Part shown: positions 33,553 to 44,004 of the stretch, piece after piece
Numbering within the stretch: position 1 is the first letter of the stretch
Layout of the letters: the number at the start of each line of letters is the position of its first letter
Source: Anthoceros angustus
Lineage: Eukaryota; Plantae; Anthocerotophyta
DNA: 64,000 bases
Direction of reading: 5' to 3'
Assembly: GCA_010909165.1 (NCBI GenBank)
Contig: VJWM01000063.1
Span: 496,001-560,000 of the forward strand
Translations under genes and position numbers: made by a program
The notes under the pieces: model-generated
The model's database searches: none
Told to the model about the DNA's origin: nothing
What the model saw: only the letters and a program-made list of their open reading frames with translations

Positions 33553-34573
33553 AATAACCTGAGAGAGTCAGGGCTGCAGGAGCGCCCTGCTCTGATACCA
33601 TGTTTAAGGTTGCATGTGCTCTAGATTGATGCGCACAGGTGTATAGATTTTTGCGTCTGATCTCTCAGAATGTACATAAGGTATTGTTCTTACGGTGCAG
33701 CGGAACTTGGCGAAGTAACCGCTTAATTAAGTAACGTTTCGTGATTGGCACGAAGCGTGCCCTAATGCTTAGGACGCTACATATCTCAACAGCACCGACA
33801 CCGACTAATGCCTGCAAGATTTCAGAACCATGTCAGATGTTAACCCAGTCCAAAACATGGGAAATGGAACAGAAGGGAATTCCCACCTCCTCTAATGCAT
33901 GCAAGACGCATGTTTTCACAGTCTTCCGCTTTTCTCCCGTCCTGCATGTCACAACTTACAAGTTCATAGCCATAGCAGTACCACAAATATTGCGGTCGAA
34001 TGCTTCTAGGTAGTGAACAGCCTTAGGTAGTCTCACCAGGCCCTTGGCACCTTTGTTCGAAGGACTGCTCACTGTGGCCAAATGGAGCAGAGCTCACTCC
34101 AAGTGCGCAAAGGTCCCACCGTGTGAAACATATGTCCACCGAGCAGTTGCCAACAACAACATCGGCTCTCAGTTTCTGTACCTCATCTTGACAAGATCGC
34201 CCTTCTAGATCTGGATTGCCAATCGGTTGCTAAGCAGTCACATACCCTAACTTGAGGGCAAAACCTCAAGCAATGCACGACATCTCCTACCTCCACATTT
34301 GGCATGAACAGAGAGTCCTCTCAGTTCAGCCCCTGCCATGATCCCTCGTTCGATTGTAGCTGCCGTTCCATAACACATACATAGGGAGCCTGGGCATGCT
34401 GAGCCATTCCATTGTCGGCATACCCAACACTGCAGGCTCCTGCTGAACGTCCCAAGTGGAGTGCTTCTAAAACCGAGCTTCTCGGATATTCTCAACCCTA
34501 AACCGATTCCTGAGAGGCTTGTTCATTTCGGAGGCGAGGAGTCTGCGATTGTACAGCTTTTGCCAGCACCGAG

Positions 34574-34963
34574 ATGTTGCGCGCCGCCGTGCTGCGGTCC
34601 AGGCAGGCAGTGCGCTGCAAAGAATGCGGCCCATCATCCTCTCTTCGCCGGGGCGTTCTTCCGAATCGTGAATTGGCACAACTTCCAGAGGTTGCGAGGA
34701 AGCAAGTGCGGGGCCTGTCATACGTGGGGGATCACACGTCCAAGTGGTTGTCCAAGACCAGTGGCAAGACGCCGATGGAGCTCATAGCAGAAGTTCCTCC
34801 GATCACTGTCAAGAGTAGGATTGTTGCTTGCGAAGGACTCAAAGATCCTGCTCTCGGCCATCCGGTGGAGTACATCTGCCTGGACCTTCCAGACCCCGCA
34901 GTTTGCAAGTATTGCGGGCTTCGATACGTGCAGGACCATGGTCATGGCGGAGGACATCACTAG
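34574..34963 (+). CDS. NDUFS6: Mitochondrial complex I 13-kDa subunit (NDUFS6, zf-CHCC), intronless
   Basis: GDHTSKW..KTPMELIAEVPPITVKSRIVACEG..DPALGHPVEYICLDLPDPAVCKYCGLRYVQDH; Arg-rich presequence. Confidence 0.95.
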   Translation: MLRAAVLRSRQAVRCKECGPSSSLRRGVLPNRELAQLPEVARKQVRGLSYVGDHTSKWLSKTSGKTPMELIAEVPPITVKSRIVACEGLKDPALGHPVEYICLDLPDPAVCKYCGLRYVQDHGHGGGHH

Positions 34964-35709
34964 GGTTTTCGTTCTTCGTGAGAATGAAGTCCTCACAGTT
35001 TGTTGACATCAAAGTTCTGTAACATGCATCATTTTGGCCAGGGCCACATTTTGGTGTGCACATCCTGCTGATCATGGATTCATCGACTGGTGGATTCGTG
35101 TTATGGATTTGACAGTCAGGAAGAGCCTGTTGTCTTTCTGGAAGGCTTCAGAAGCCATGGCGGTAGGCACTGGTATTATGGCAACTTTCACAGTTTTCCG
35201 CTGGACTCCAGCAGCCTTACTAGTCGGTACTGAGGTTTTCTTTAGGAGATGGATAGTCGGATTGAATCCGAGGCATTTGAAAACTGTCTCAAACTGCTCT
35301 GTTCTCTAGTCATGTGCGGTATTTGCGGTGCAGTGATCGCAGATGGCTCAAGCTAGATTGCAGTGATCCCAGATGGCTCAAGCTAGTACAGTCTTCCTTG
35401 AGAATTTCTTGGCCCCGAATTGTCTCTCTCCGTTGAATAGGATACAATGGTTGTTATAGCTACTCCCCACAGCATTCCAATCTCCAACTTCACCCGGCGC
35501 CAACAACTCTCTCTCCCGACGATTGATCCACGTCAACAACACTACACCAAAGTGCACCAGCTGCGAGCCCTAAGCGCGTGCCAACGTCCCTGAATCAAAG
35601 GCTGGTTCGAGTCTGACGTTTCGGAATTTCGCCAACGGGTTTTGCCATACCCGAACCCTTCGTATGGTTGCCAAGCTCCCTTGAAAGTGGTGGGAAATCT
35701 CCGCCGACA

Positions 35710-37411
35710 ATGGTAATGGCTTTGGCGCCGGGAGCGCGCCTCTGTCACGGCCATCAACCGGAAACGTTCATGGTAAGCTCCAGATTCGGGAATGGTGTTG
35801 CCCTAAGGACGAGGTGCACTCCCAGCTTGGGCGGTGCCAGGCCAAAGCATTCTCTCGTCATTTCCAGTTTGCTTGGTGGAGGGAAGAAGTCTGAAGACAT
35901 CGGGAGCTCCGATGAGCAGAAGAAGGTGTGGTAGATTTTCGGCATGCGTTTGAATCTCCTATGCAACGGGCCTCATTCGCGCTCGTCATGTGCAGGCAGG
36001 GCTGTTTAGGAACATCGAGGGCTTGTACGAAACTGTTCAGGAGGTAAGGCGGGTGGAAGCAGTGAAGGAAGTGAAAGCTTGCTGCAGAATTAGAAGAGCA
36101 ACATCTTGGGGTGGAGTGAGCTAATGATCGGCCCTGTGCACCTGTGCAGCAAAAGCAGGAGTTGTATACTGTCGGTGACTTCATGACTCCTGTCAGTGAG
36201 CTCCTTGTTGCCAAAAAAAGTACAACACTTGACGAGGGTAAGAGTGCATTTGTGTAACGTTCATTGGAGGGAGCCTTAACGTTGGTCATATGGTTTCTGG
36301 TTTTTGACGAGTTGTGCGCTTTGTCTTTTGTCAGCTCTGGAGGCTCTGGTGGACAATCGAATAACAGGCATGCCAGTGGTTGACGACGATGGCAAATTGG
36401 TGCCTCCCCGCCTTCATGCATTAGCTTGTTGATGTTAGTCAATTGATGAGAGTCACAAGTAGGAGAAGTATTTTCAGGGCATTCTGTGAATGTTTCGCTG
36501 TTAGGGAGCTGTTATTCCATGCATGGTAACCGTGGGAAGTCACAGCAGGTATGACCAGCTATTTTGTGCACTTGTTGTGTGGTGCTGCAGATTGGTGTGG
36601 TCTCTGATTATGATCTGCTTGCGCTGGACTCGATATCAGGTATGTAGTATTCTTACGCTGCTAGAGGTCATGTGCAGCTTCCTGAAAGAGAACTGGAATT
36701 GAATTAGCAGGGTCCTTCACTGGCAAGTCAATTGAACCTCATTGTCTCTTGACAGGAAAGCTGCCAGCTGAGATGGGTCTCTTCCCTGAGCCCGGAAGGA
36801 CTTGGAAGGTATTTTCCTGCTTGACGAGTTCGAGATTGTTGTGAAGTTGTGCCCGTGCGAGAATATGCCTCTCATTTCTCTGTAGTCAAAGCTTGGGATT
36901 CTGTCAGCTAACTGGAATGTGTTTCCATTGCTTCCATGCTGTATAAATGAGATCAGGCATTCAAGGAGATACAGAAGCTTCTCATCAAGACTCATGGCAA
37001 AACCGTGGGTGAAGTGATGACACCCTCACCTCTTGTAGTTCGAGAGATGACTAACCTTGAAGACGCAGCCAGGTGAACATTCAGCTTTAATTCGGATGGA
37101 TTGACGTAGTTGACAGATGCCCTGGGCGCTGTTACCTGATCTGGGCCTGTTCTTATTGTTCCAGGTTGCTTCTGGACAGCAAATATAGGCGACTACCTGT
37201 TGTTGACGACGGAGGAAAGCTAGTGAGTTCACCTTTGAAGGTTCTAGGTGTAACTATCCTGCAATGTGACTTCTGGTGGACTAATTGACGTTGCTATCGT
37301 ACTGTTTGGTTTATGCTGCAGGTTGGGCTGCTTACACGGGGTAATGTAGTAAGGGCTGCTCTGCAAATGAAACGGGCGGCAGTGAAGGTTTATAAGGAAA
37401 GTCGACCGTAA
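35710..37411 (+). CDS. CBSX1: Plastid-type CBS-domain protein (CBSX1/2-like), 8 exons
   Basis: Exons ~35710-35925, 36150-36237, 36335-36399, 36591-36639, 36756-36808, 36957-37072, 37165-37222, 37322-37411 with GT-AG introns; YTVGDFMT, ALEALVDNRITGMPVVD, VSDYDLLALDSISG, KYRRLPVVD, TRGNVVRAALQMKR. Confidence 0.92.
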
Positions 37412-38175
37412 GCGTTGCCTTACTCCCGGCTATAAATACAAACGAGGCATGATGTAACCCTTCCAATCCCGTTCATGTCTTCGCAATTGAGTACCCACGA
37501 CATTGTCACTTTGTACCAAGCTAAGTACCGAGTTGATGTATATATGATTGTAAGCCAAATTGCCAGCCTCTAAACAGTATGACCTTAGGAGAAAAGGATG
37601 CCAGGAGCTCTGGCATTCCAATGTCGCTGGGTTGTGTGCCAATTTACATGTGAGCAGCGGAGCGAGAGAAACGAACAAAGATGCTATCTGCCATCTGAAT
37701 GAGCATAGCTAATTCTGTTATGGTAACATCGGTAAACCTCTTTAACTAACCTGAATGTACGGCCACCTTGCCTGGTTGGCCTTAAACATAGTTACGCGTA
37801 ACTTACCAGGGTCTGTGTGCAACAAAGGTTCTAAGGTGAAGCCCTAAAGGCAGGCAGCTTTCCCCTGCAAACAGGTGGTTTCTGTTGGGGTAGTACCGTC
37901 TGCGGCTAGGAGGGTAAAATCGTCTTCCTGGATTTCAATGCCCCCTTCAGATGTAGGACTTAGTGTTCCTGTTGCTATGTGTTGGTGGGGAGGGCCGCTG
38001 TCTCCAAGGGACCTGATCAAACATGATTGACTCCCCTGGATCTAATGCGGGCAGTTCCTACTCTATCTCCCCCGTGGGTGTGGTATCTGTAGGTGGTCAC
38101 CTTAGATGATTCAGGCATTCATGGCTGAGGAATTTCCCCATGAGAAGGCCTGATATGAGCTAGTAAGGGAAAAGG

Positions 38176-41100
38176 TCAGTTGATTATGGAACTGAGCTCA
38201 GAAAAATCCCACAGCAGAACATCAGAGCTGAGAACTCCGTCAATAGCAGCATCAGCGGCAGCTAGGCTGGTGCTGCTGCAGCTGCTTCCACTCGCCGAAG
38301 GGCTCCAAGGATTTTTGCTGTCTTCTTGATTTGGGCTGCCATCCTTCTTCCCCAGGTCACTGGAATCGGCGATCTGCATGTTCTGGCTCTGGCTCGGGCT
38401 GCACCCGCTTTCACTGGGACTGGCAGGCGGGCTGCTCCTTCCACCTTGTCCCATATCTTGCTCCTCAATATCTGTCCGTGGTTTTCCGAAGGAAGAAATC
38501 AGAAGCTCCTGCTGCACCAGCTGCCCATGATGTGGCACCTGCATCGCTGCCGTCTGCCCATACAGACCAGCCTGGCGGTCATGGGACTCATGCAGGTCCA
38601 AGAAGCTGCGGAATCCCTGGTTCTGGGCCTGGTGGTGATGCTCCTGTACTGGCGAGCTCGGCAGATGTAATCCCAGGCTGGTAGGTGGAGAAGACCCAGG
38701 GAGCCATGCGGACAATCCCTTGCACAGGCTCTGAGGCTGCATCTGAAAATCCATGCCCCCCATGTTCGGCATAATGCCCATCGATGTTCTCGCATTCACT
38801 CCCTGCGGGTCCATGAACATGTCCATCACCGACTTCGATGCCGCCTCTGATCCTCCCACGCCAGGACCCAGAGATATGAACTGGTGCCCGGGTATGCCGT
38901 AGTTCTGGGTTGCCTCTCCAGAAAACCTGCTCCTCATAGCTGCCACAGCCATGTTGTGAGAATACTGATCAGGCTTCAAGAAACCGGAGTTTGGATCCGC
39001 CAGCATTGTCCCGTTGCAGTGAGGGCTGTTGGGAGTGCTTCCTGCGTTCCCCACTACGTGCATCCCCTGCACAGACGTCCCCGGGACGTTGGATTGCACG
39101 GCCTTGGTCAAGCTGCATTTAATCTTCTGCACAACAGCGTCAGACATGCGTGCCGACGCTGGGTCGCTCCCACATCGCTGATCGCTCAGCGACCCAGACT
39201 CGTACGCTGTGGCAAGAACCGACTTCGGGCTGGCTGTGCCTCGAGGCATCTGAGAAACAAAAAAATTCCGGACTCAGATGTCACGAAATCTTCAAGTGGC
39301 CATGATGGCAAAATTTATGTATGATCTCAATGGAGTTCGGGAAATTTCATGTGTGTATACCTGACTGGTGGTTGCAACCAAATCAGACCACGATTGCCTC
39401 CCACTTGTGCCTGAGGTGCGAGGATTAGCGTTGGCACCCATCGATCCTTCAAGCTGCCAGTCTGGTCTCTTTCTCATGAGGACGTTGAGCATGTCATCCT
39501 TGAAGCAACCCAAAGCAGCTTCAGCAATCTCCCCCCCTTTGGGCAGCGCCATGCTGCCAGCCAGATCTGCCAGCAGCTGCGAGATGGGTTTGTGCGTGAT
39601 GGGATCAATTCCCATCTCGCACAATTTCTTCTTCAATCTGGTGTTCCAATAGTTCTTCACATCGTTATCCGTGCGGCCTGGTAATTGAGCAGCTATGAGA
39701 GACCATCTGTAGCACATCAAGCACGGAACCAAGGCATGCCGTGTCGTGTTAAACGACCTGTGTGCATAATCTGAATGATTAACACGAACAGAATCTAATT
39801 ACCTCTACAAGTCGAGCAGAAATTTATTAGAGAAGAATTTTCCGGGAATCGAACCCAGGACCCCTTATAAGCTAGGCCAACGCTCAAACCACAGCATTAC
39901 TCTTCCCTGGTAACACGTATCAAAGCTCGGAACCGCCAGCCGCCGGTCAACAAGTCAACACGTCAACACTCGACAGGTACAAACAAGTGGTGGGAGGAAG
40001 GAGACAGGGAAAGGAAGGAGGAAGAACAAGGGGCCCAGTCGTGACACGCTGCTGGTACGACATGGCCGACAGCTTCTCGTGACGAGGCTGCCTTCCAGGC
40101 AAGGACGAGGAGGGTGTAGAAGAAAGAGAGGTTGCGGAACGGTGAGGAGATCATGAGCTGCCGTTGTACAGTGTCACAGGGTACTTCAGAGAAAGCAGGA
40201 CATTAGCACTCACAGGCTCCAGGTTTCTGTTCCACCACCTGAGAAACTGTTAGAAATGTCGAAAGACCGTGGACACCAGCAGGGGTGCTGGCCATGGATC
40301 CACGTCTGCTACCCTACTGTAACCGACCTGGTGATAGCTCAGCAACCATGCTGTACACAACCCACTGTACTGATCTTGACAATCTGAAAGCACAGAGTGA
40401 CAGCAGCAAAGCAGGGGCTGCCTCAGTGCGCCAACTGTGGTGTAGACTGGGACACCTGTCGAGCAATTCCTTGACAGGCAGGCCTAAGGAAGATTCGGCA
40501 GATAGTCGCACATCTTGTTGATTCTACTAGAGGAGCTTCCAGGTTCCATCCGGGCAAACGGACAAGGCGGCCCAGGCCTACAGCAGCAGCCATGGCCGTG
40601 AGATACCCACGAGGAAGACGTTCTGAAAGCCTTTGGAAACCCACTATGAAAAATGAAGAAGCGACGAAGGCCGAGAAAGACCCTGACTTGAGACCCACCA
40701 GCGGCAGGAAGCGACTGCGAGACCCTGACTCCAGACCAACAGTCGGAAGACGCGACTTCAAGACCCAGCCTATCGCCTGGAGAAAACAAGGCTTGTCCTT
40801 GGGCCAAACAAATTCAGACAGCAGAACCATGTTGCCTGAGAAACACGCCAAGATGGGATGGGCAGCTGCTGCGACCTTGGCGGTGAAATCATTCCGCCTA
40901 CGGCATGCCCATACTTGTCTCTCAGGATACGACAGAGTTCGTCTGGACCAAAATTTGTATGATCTCTGTACAGACCAATGCATCATTCTCGAATGATGCA
41001 CCGGTGTACATCCATCTCTAAAATCTTTCCAGTACGAGTACACAGCGGCAATCTTTCAGGTACTTCCAAGTATATGGATGGTAATGGTACCCACTGCGGT

Positions 41101-41825
41101 ACTCACCGTAACAAGCAATCTAACACGGTTCACTCACTCATACACAGAGGGAATCGCTATCTGCAGGTTTGGACAGACCTAAATGACCCACCATCAATTT
41201 AAGCAATCTCGCACAGAAGAAAGGGCAGAGAGTTTCGAGCTTCATTTCCAAAGGAAGGCAGCAGCTCAGACTGACCTGCTTCCGAGGGCGGCGTGCAGGT
41301 TGACAATGAGCTGCTCTTCGTGGTCTGTGAACCTGCCGTGCTTCAGGTCGGGCCGAAGATAATTCGTCCATCGCAGTCGACAGCTTTTTCCGCACCTCTG
41401 CAAACCTGTTCCAGGAATGGGAACATTGTTAGCAATATTGACAAGCTTCGAATGTGGATGGAACACCAGCTGCGGACTCATAACCTCGCATTCCAAGAGC
41501 TCGCTGATAAGACGACGTTGTAATACAAATTTACCAAAAGTAGGCAATGCAGCTCATGCCCAACCCATTACGCTTTCAAATCCTTCTGCCTCAAGGAGCA
41601 AGCATGACATCTACTCTACTTCAGCCTGATGGGTTCCAGACAGAAGGTGGGTCTGTGTTCCTACTAGGGCAAGTTATGCGACGAATTCTCACCAGCCTTT
41701 TTGGGAAGAGTCCGCCAGCTGCCTGTACCATGTTGCCCTATGCAGGCCATGAGCTTGGCATCCTCCTCTGGAGTCCAGGGCCCCCGTTTCACACTATCTT
41801 TCTCGCAGCATGGAGCCCTCCCCAT
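38176..41825 (-). CDS. MYB80: R2R3-MYB transcription factor, MYB80/MYB103(MS188)-like, 4 exons, ~560 aa
   Basis: Exons 41825-41693 (133 nt), 41405-41276 (130 nt), 39706-39361, 39249-38176; [45 protein letters not shown]; post-R3 motif [30 protein letters not shown] characteristic of MYB80. Confidence 0.92.
39842..39907 (-). mobile_element. tRNA-derived (SINE-head-like) fragment in MYB intron 2
   Basis: Perfect B-box/T-arm CTGGGTTCGATTCCCGG, A-box-like TAATGCTGTGGT ~35 nt upstream; no intact anticodon or acceptor arm. Confidence 0.45.
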
Positions 41826-43955
41826 GCAACCCACTTTCTTTACAAAACTGCAATGTGGAAAAATTGCTCTCCTCGCTTGCTTGCTGTTACGAACTCGCTC
41901 AAAGCCGAGGAGCAGATCGGAATACGAAATCTGGGCGCTAGTTACATCCCTGTGGACATCCCAAGCGGTTGAGTTCGAGCACAGGTTCTCGCAACCAGCT
42001 CCTGACGACTCGTCCCAAGCCTTGAATATGCAGGAAGCCCGGTCCAAGAGAGGGAGAGAATAATTTCAGGACTGTGACTGCCTTCGAGCTCGACGGCTGC
42101 CACAATTACTTCCACAATTCCGCAGATTGCGCGCACCAGCAGCTTAATTCAGTCGCCAATGTTCCCTATGACATGAACACAGCCAGGGCTGGGGAAATCA
42201 TTCAAACTCGTGATCCGATGCGCACAATACTTTGAAACACGCCTTCTTGTGTCCACGGAGGCCGAAGAATTGGCTTCCTTACACCCCACGCAAATACGTC
42301 TGACCACTGACCAGCTTGCAAGCTCGCAGCTTCCAGTTGGCAGCTTGGACACAGAGAACCAAAAGCAGAGAAGGACAGTATTGCGGCAGTTCCTGAGGGA
42401 AAGTTCAGGCATCCATTGACAAGGAGAGAGAGCAGCGGCTCAAAGCTCAATTCTGGCGGGGGACCAGTTCCGGTTCCTGCACCGGCAGTTGCAGTCGCAA
42501 TTTCAATTCGGGGAGGTGAGACTCGGGGAAGGCGGCAGCGGGGGAGGGGCAAAAGAGGAGCTGGAGATGGAGCTGGAGCTGGAGTCGGAGGTGGAGCGGG
42601 GTGTGGAGCTGAGAGGAGGAAGGCGGAGCACGGGGGGCTAACACAGTGCCGCGGGGGATCATCTGGCCGAGCCGCCGGAGGAAGCAGGCAGCAGGCAGGC
42701 AGGGAGGCGCTTGCAAGCACAGGCCTGGGCCGAGGGAATCAATCCATGAACCGGTCCTGCTTCCGCTGTATAAGCAAGGGCGGCATTGGAGGGGAGAGAA
42801 ACAGCACCCAACAGCGGCGGCAGCGACAGCGGCAGCAGGGAGAGAGAACCAGAGCGCGAGATAATCACACCGGCCCAGCAGCGGAGAGAGATGAAGCTCC
42901 CCGACCCCGACCCCGACCCCGTCCTCGTCCCAGCCCTCGTCCCTGTCCTGTCCTGGCCGAGTTGCGATGAACCACCTGTCCTGCTCCGACGTTGAGGAGC
43001 CGGAGGCGGGGCAGAGAGGCAACCATTGCAGCCGCGGTCAATGATCATTTACTGCAATCCACTGACTGACCCGGCTGCTGCTCCAAAATCTCTGCGAGCT
43101 TCCATGAATTCTCCGTTCCTGGAGAAATCCTTGGAGGCATGCAAGTGCAGTACAGCCTCCTACGTCAGGCCGCGGTGTTGGGTAGTGTCGGAACCGGAAC
43201 TTGTCAGGCCCAGGTCCTCTCTCCTCCGTCCGGCTCCTCCACACACGGCCAGTCCGAGCTCAGATGGAGCAGGCGGTTGGAGTAATTACAGAGCTCCGCA
43301 ACATCCTGCCAAAATGTGGTACAGTCTGATCTGGTTCGCCTTTTCGGCAGAGCCAGACCTCAAACCGCGCGAGACCTTGTTCAGTAGTGAGACCTCAAAG
43401 CGCCCCAGTTGGGTGAGACCTCAAAGCGAGAGACCCATCTTTCAGCTTTAAGTGAGGCCAGGCCGGGCCAGACCTGACGGCCATGCCCATGGCCATGGCC
43501 ATGAAGGGCCGGGCGGTATTCGGGGGGAGGGGAGGCCGGTCACGGGACACCCGGCGAGGCACGAGGGCCCGGCCGGTGGCCCAGCCTCCCGAACTCCGTG
43601 CCCTGCCGGTGGAGCCAGGCCAGCCGGTTTGTTTTAATTTCGGGCGGATTATTCAAAAACCCAAGCGGAGGAGGCGGAAGAGGGCGGGCCAAGACAGTGG
43701 GGCGGGCACGGAACGGGACCGGGAGGTGTGAACGGGGTCCGTACGGTCAGCACGCAATGTTGACTTTGACGCGCGGTGGACCCGATTTGACCGCTTGACC
43801 GGCCCCTAATGGCGTGAAAGGCAGGCTGATGGCGACAGCCGCGGACGGGCCGAGCCCTAACGCGGAAACGGGGCCCGTTGCGTGGCAGCGCAGAACATGT
43901 GAGGGCCCCGTTGCTGGTTGCTGCCTTTGCCCCTTCGCTTGGCTCGGATGGAGCT

Positions 43956-44004
43956 CAACAGTAACAAGTAACAGTAACAGTAACAGTAACAGTAACAGTA
44001 ACAG
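43956..44004. repeat. (TAACAG)n microsatellite upstream of the MYB gene
   Basis: CAACAG plus six tandem TAACAG units. Confidence 0.85.

Larger units (their letters stand above)
27407..33791 (-). mobile_element. Full-length Ty1/Copia LTR retrotransposon, recent insertion
   Basis: LTRs 27407-27597 and 33601-33791 (191 bp, TG..CA, one mismatch); TSD GCACC at 27402-27406 and 33792-33796; PBS TGGTATCAGAGC (33589-33600, tRNA-iMet); PPT AAGTGGGAG (27598-27606); gag-PR-IN-RT-RH order. Confidence 0.97.

Noticed and set aside
34000-34340. Possible PPR-like fragment on the minus strand (ADVVVGNCSVDIC)
   Set aside because: Single weak motif, no second repeat; insufficient support.
34375-34400. miR160-like sequence on the minus strand (TGCCCAGGCTCCCTATGTATG)
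   Set aside because: Needs several indels to match and no star arm or hairpin is visible.
39842-39907. Functional tRNA gene
   Set aside because: Only the T-arm is intact; the anticodon stem does not pair and the acceptor stem is out of register.
41826-42047. N-terminal extension of the MYB
   Set aside because: The ORF-finder start is TTG and there is no in-frame ATG; the 133-nt exon 1 from 41825 fits the canonical structure.
42200-43900. Multiple 130-190 aa ORFs upstream of the MYB
   Set aside because: Low-complexity GC-rich sequence giving overlapping ORFs on both strands with no recognisable domain or splice pattern.
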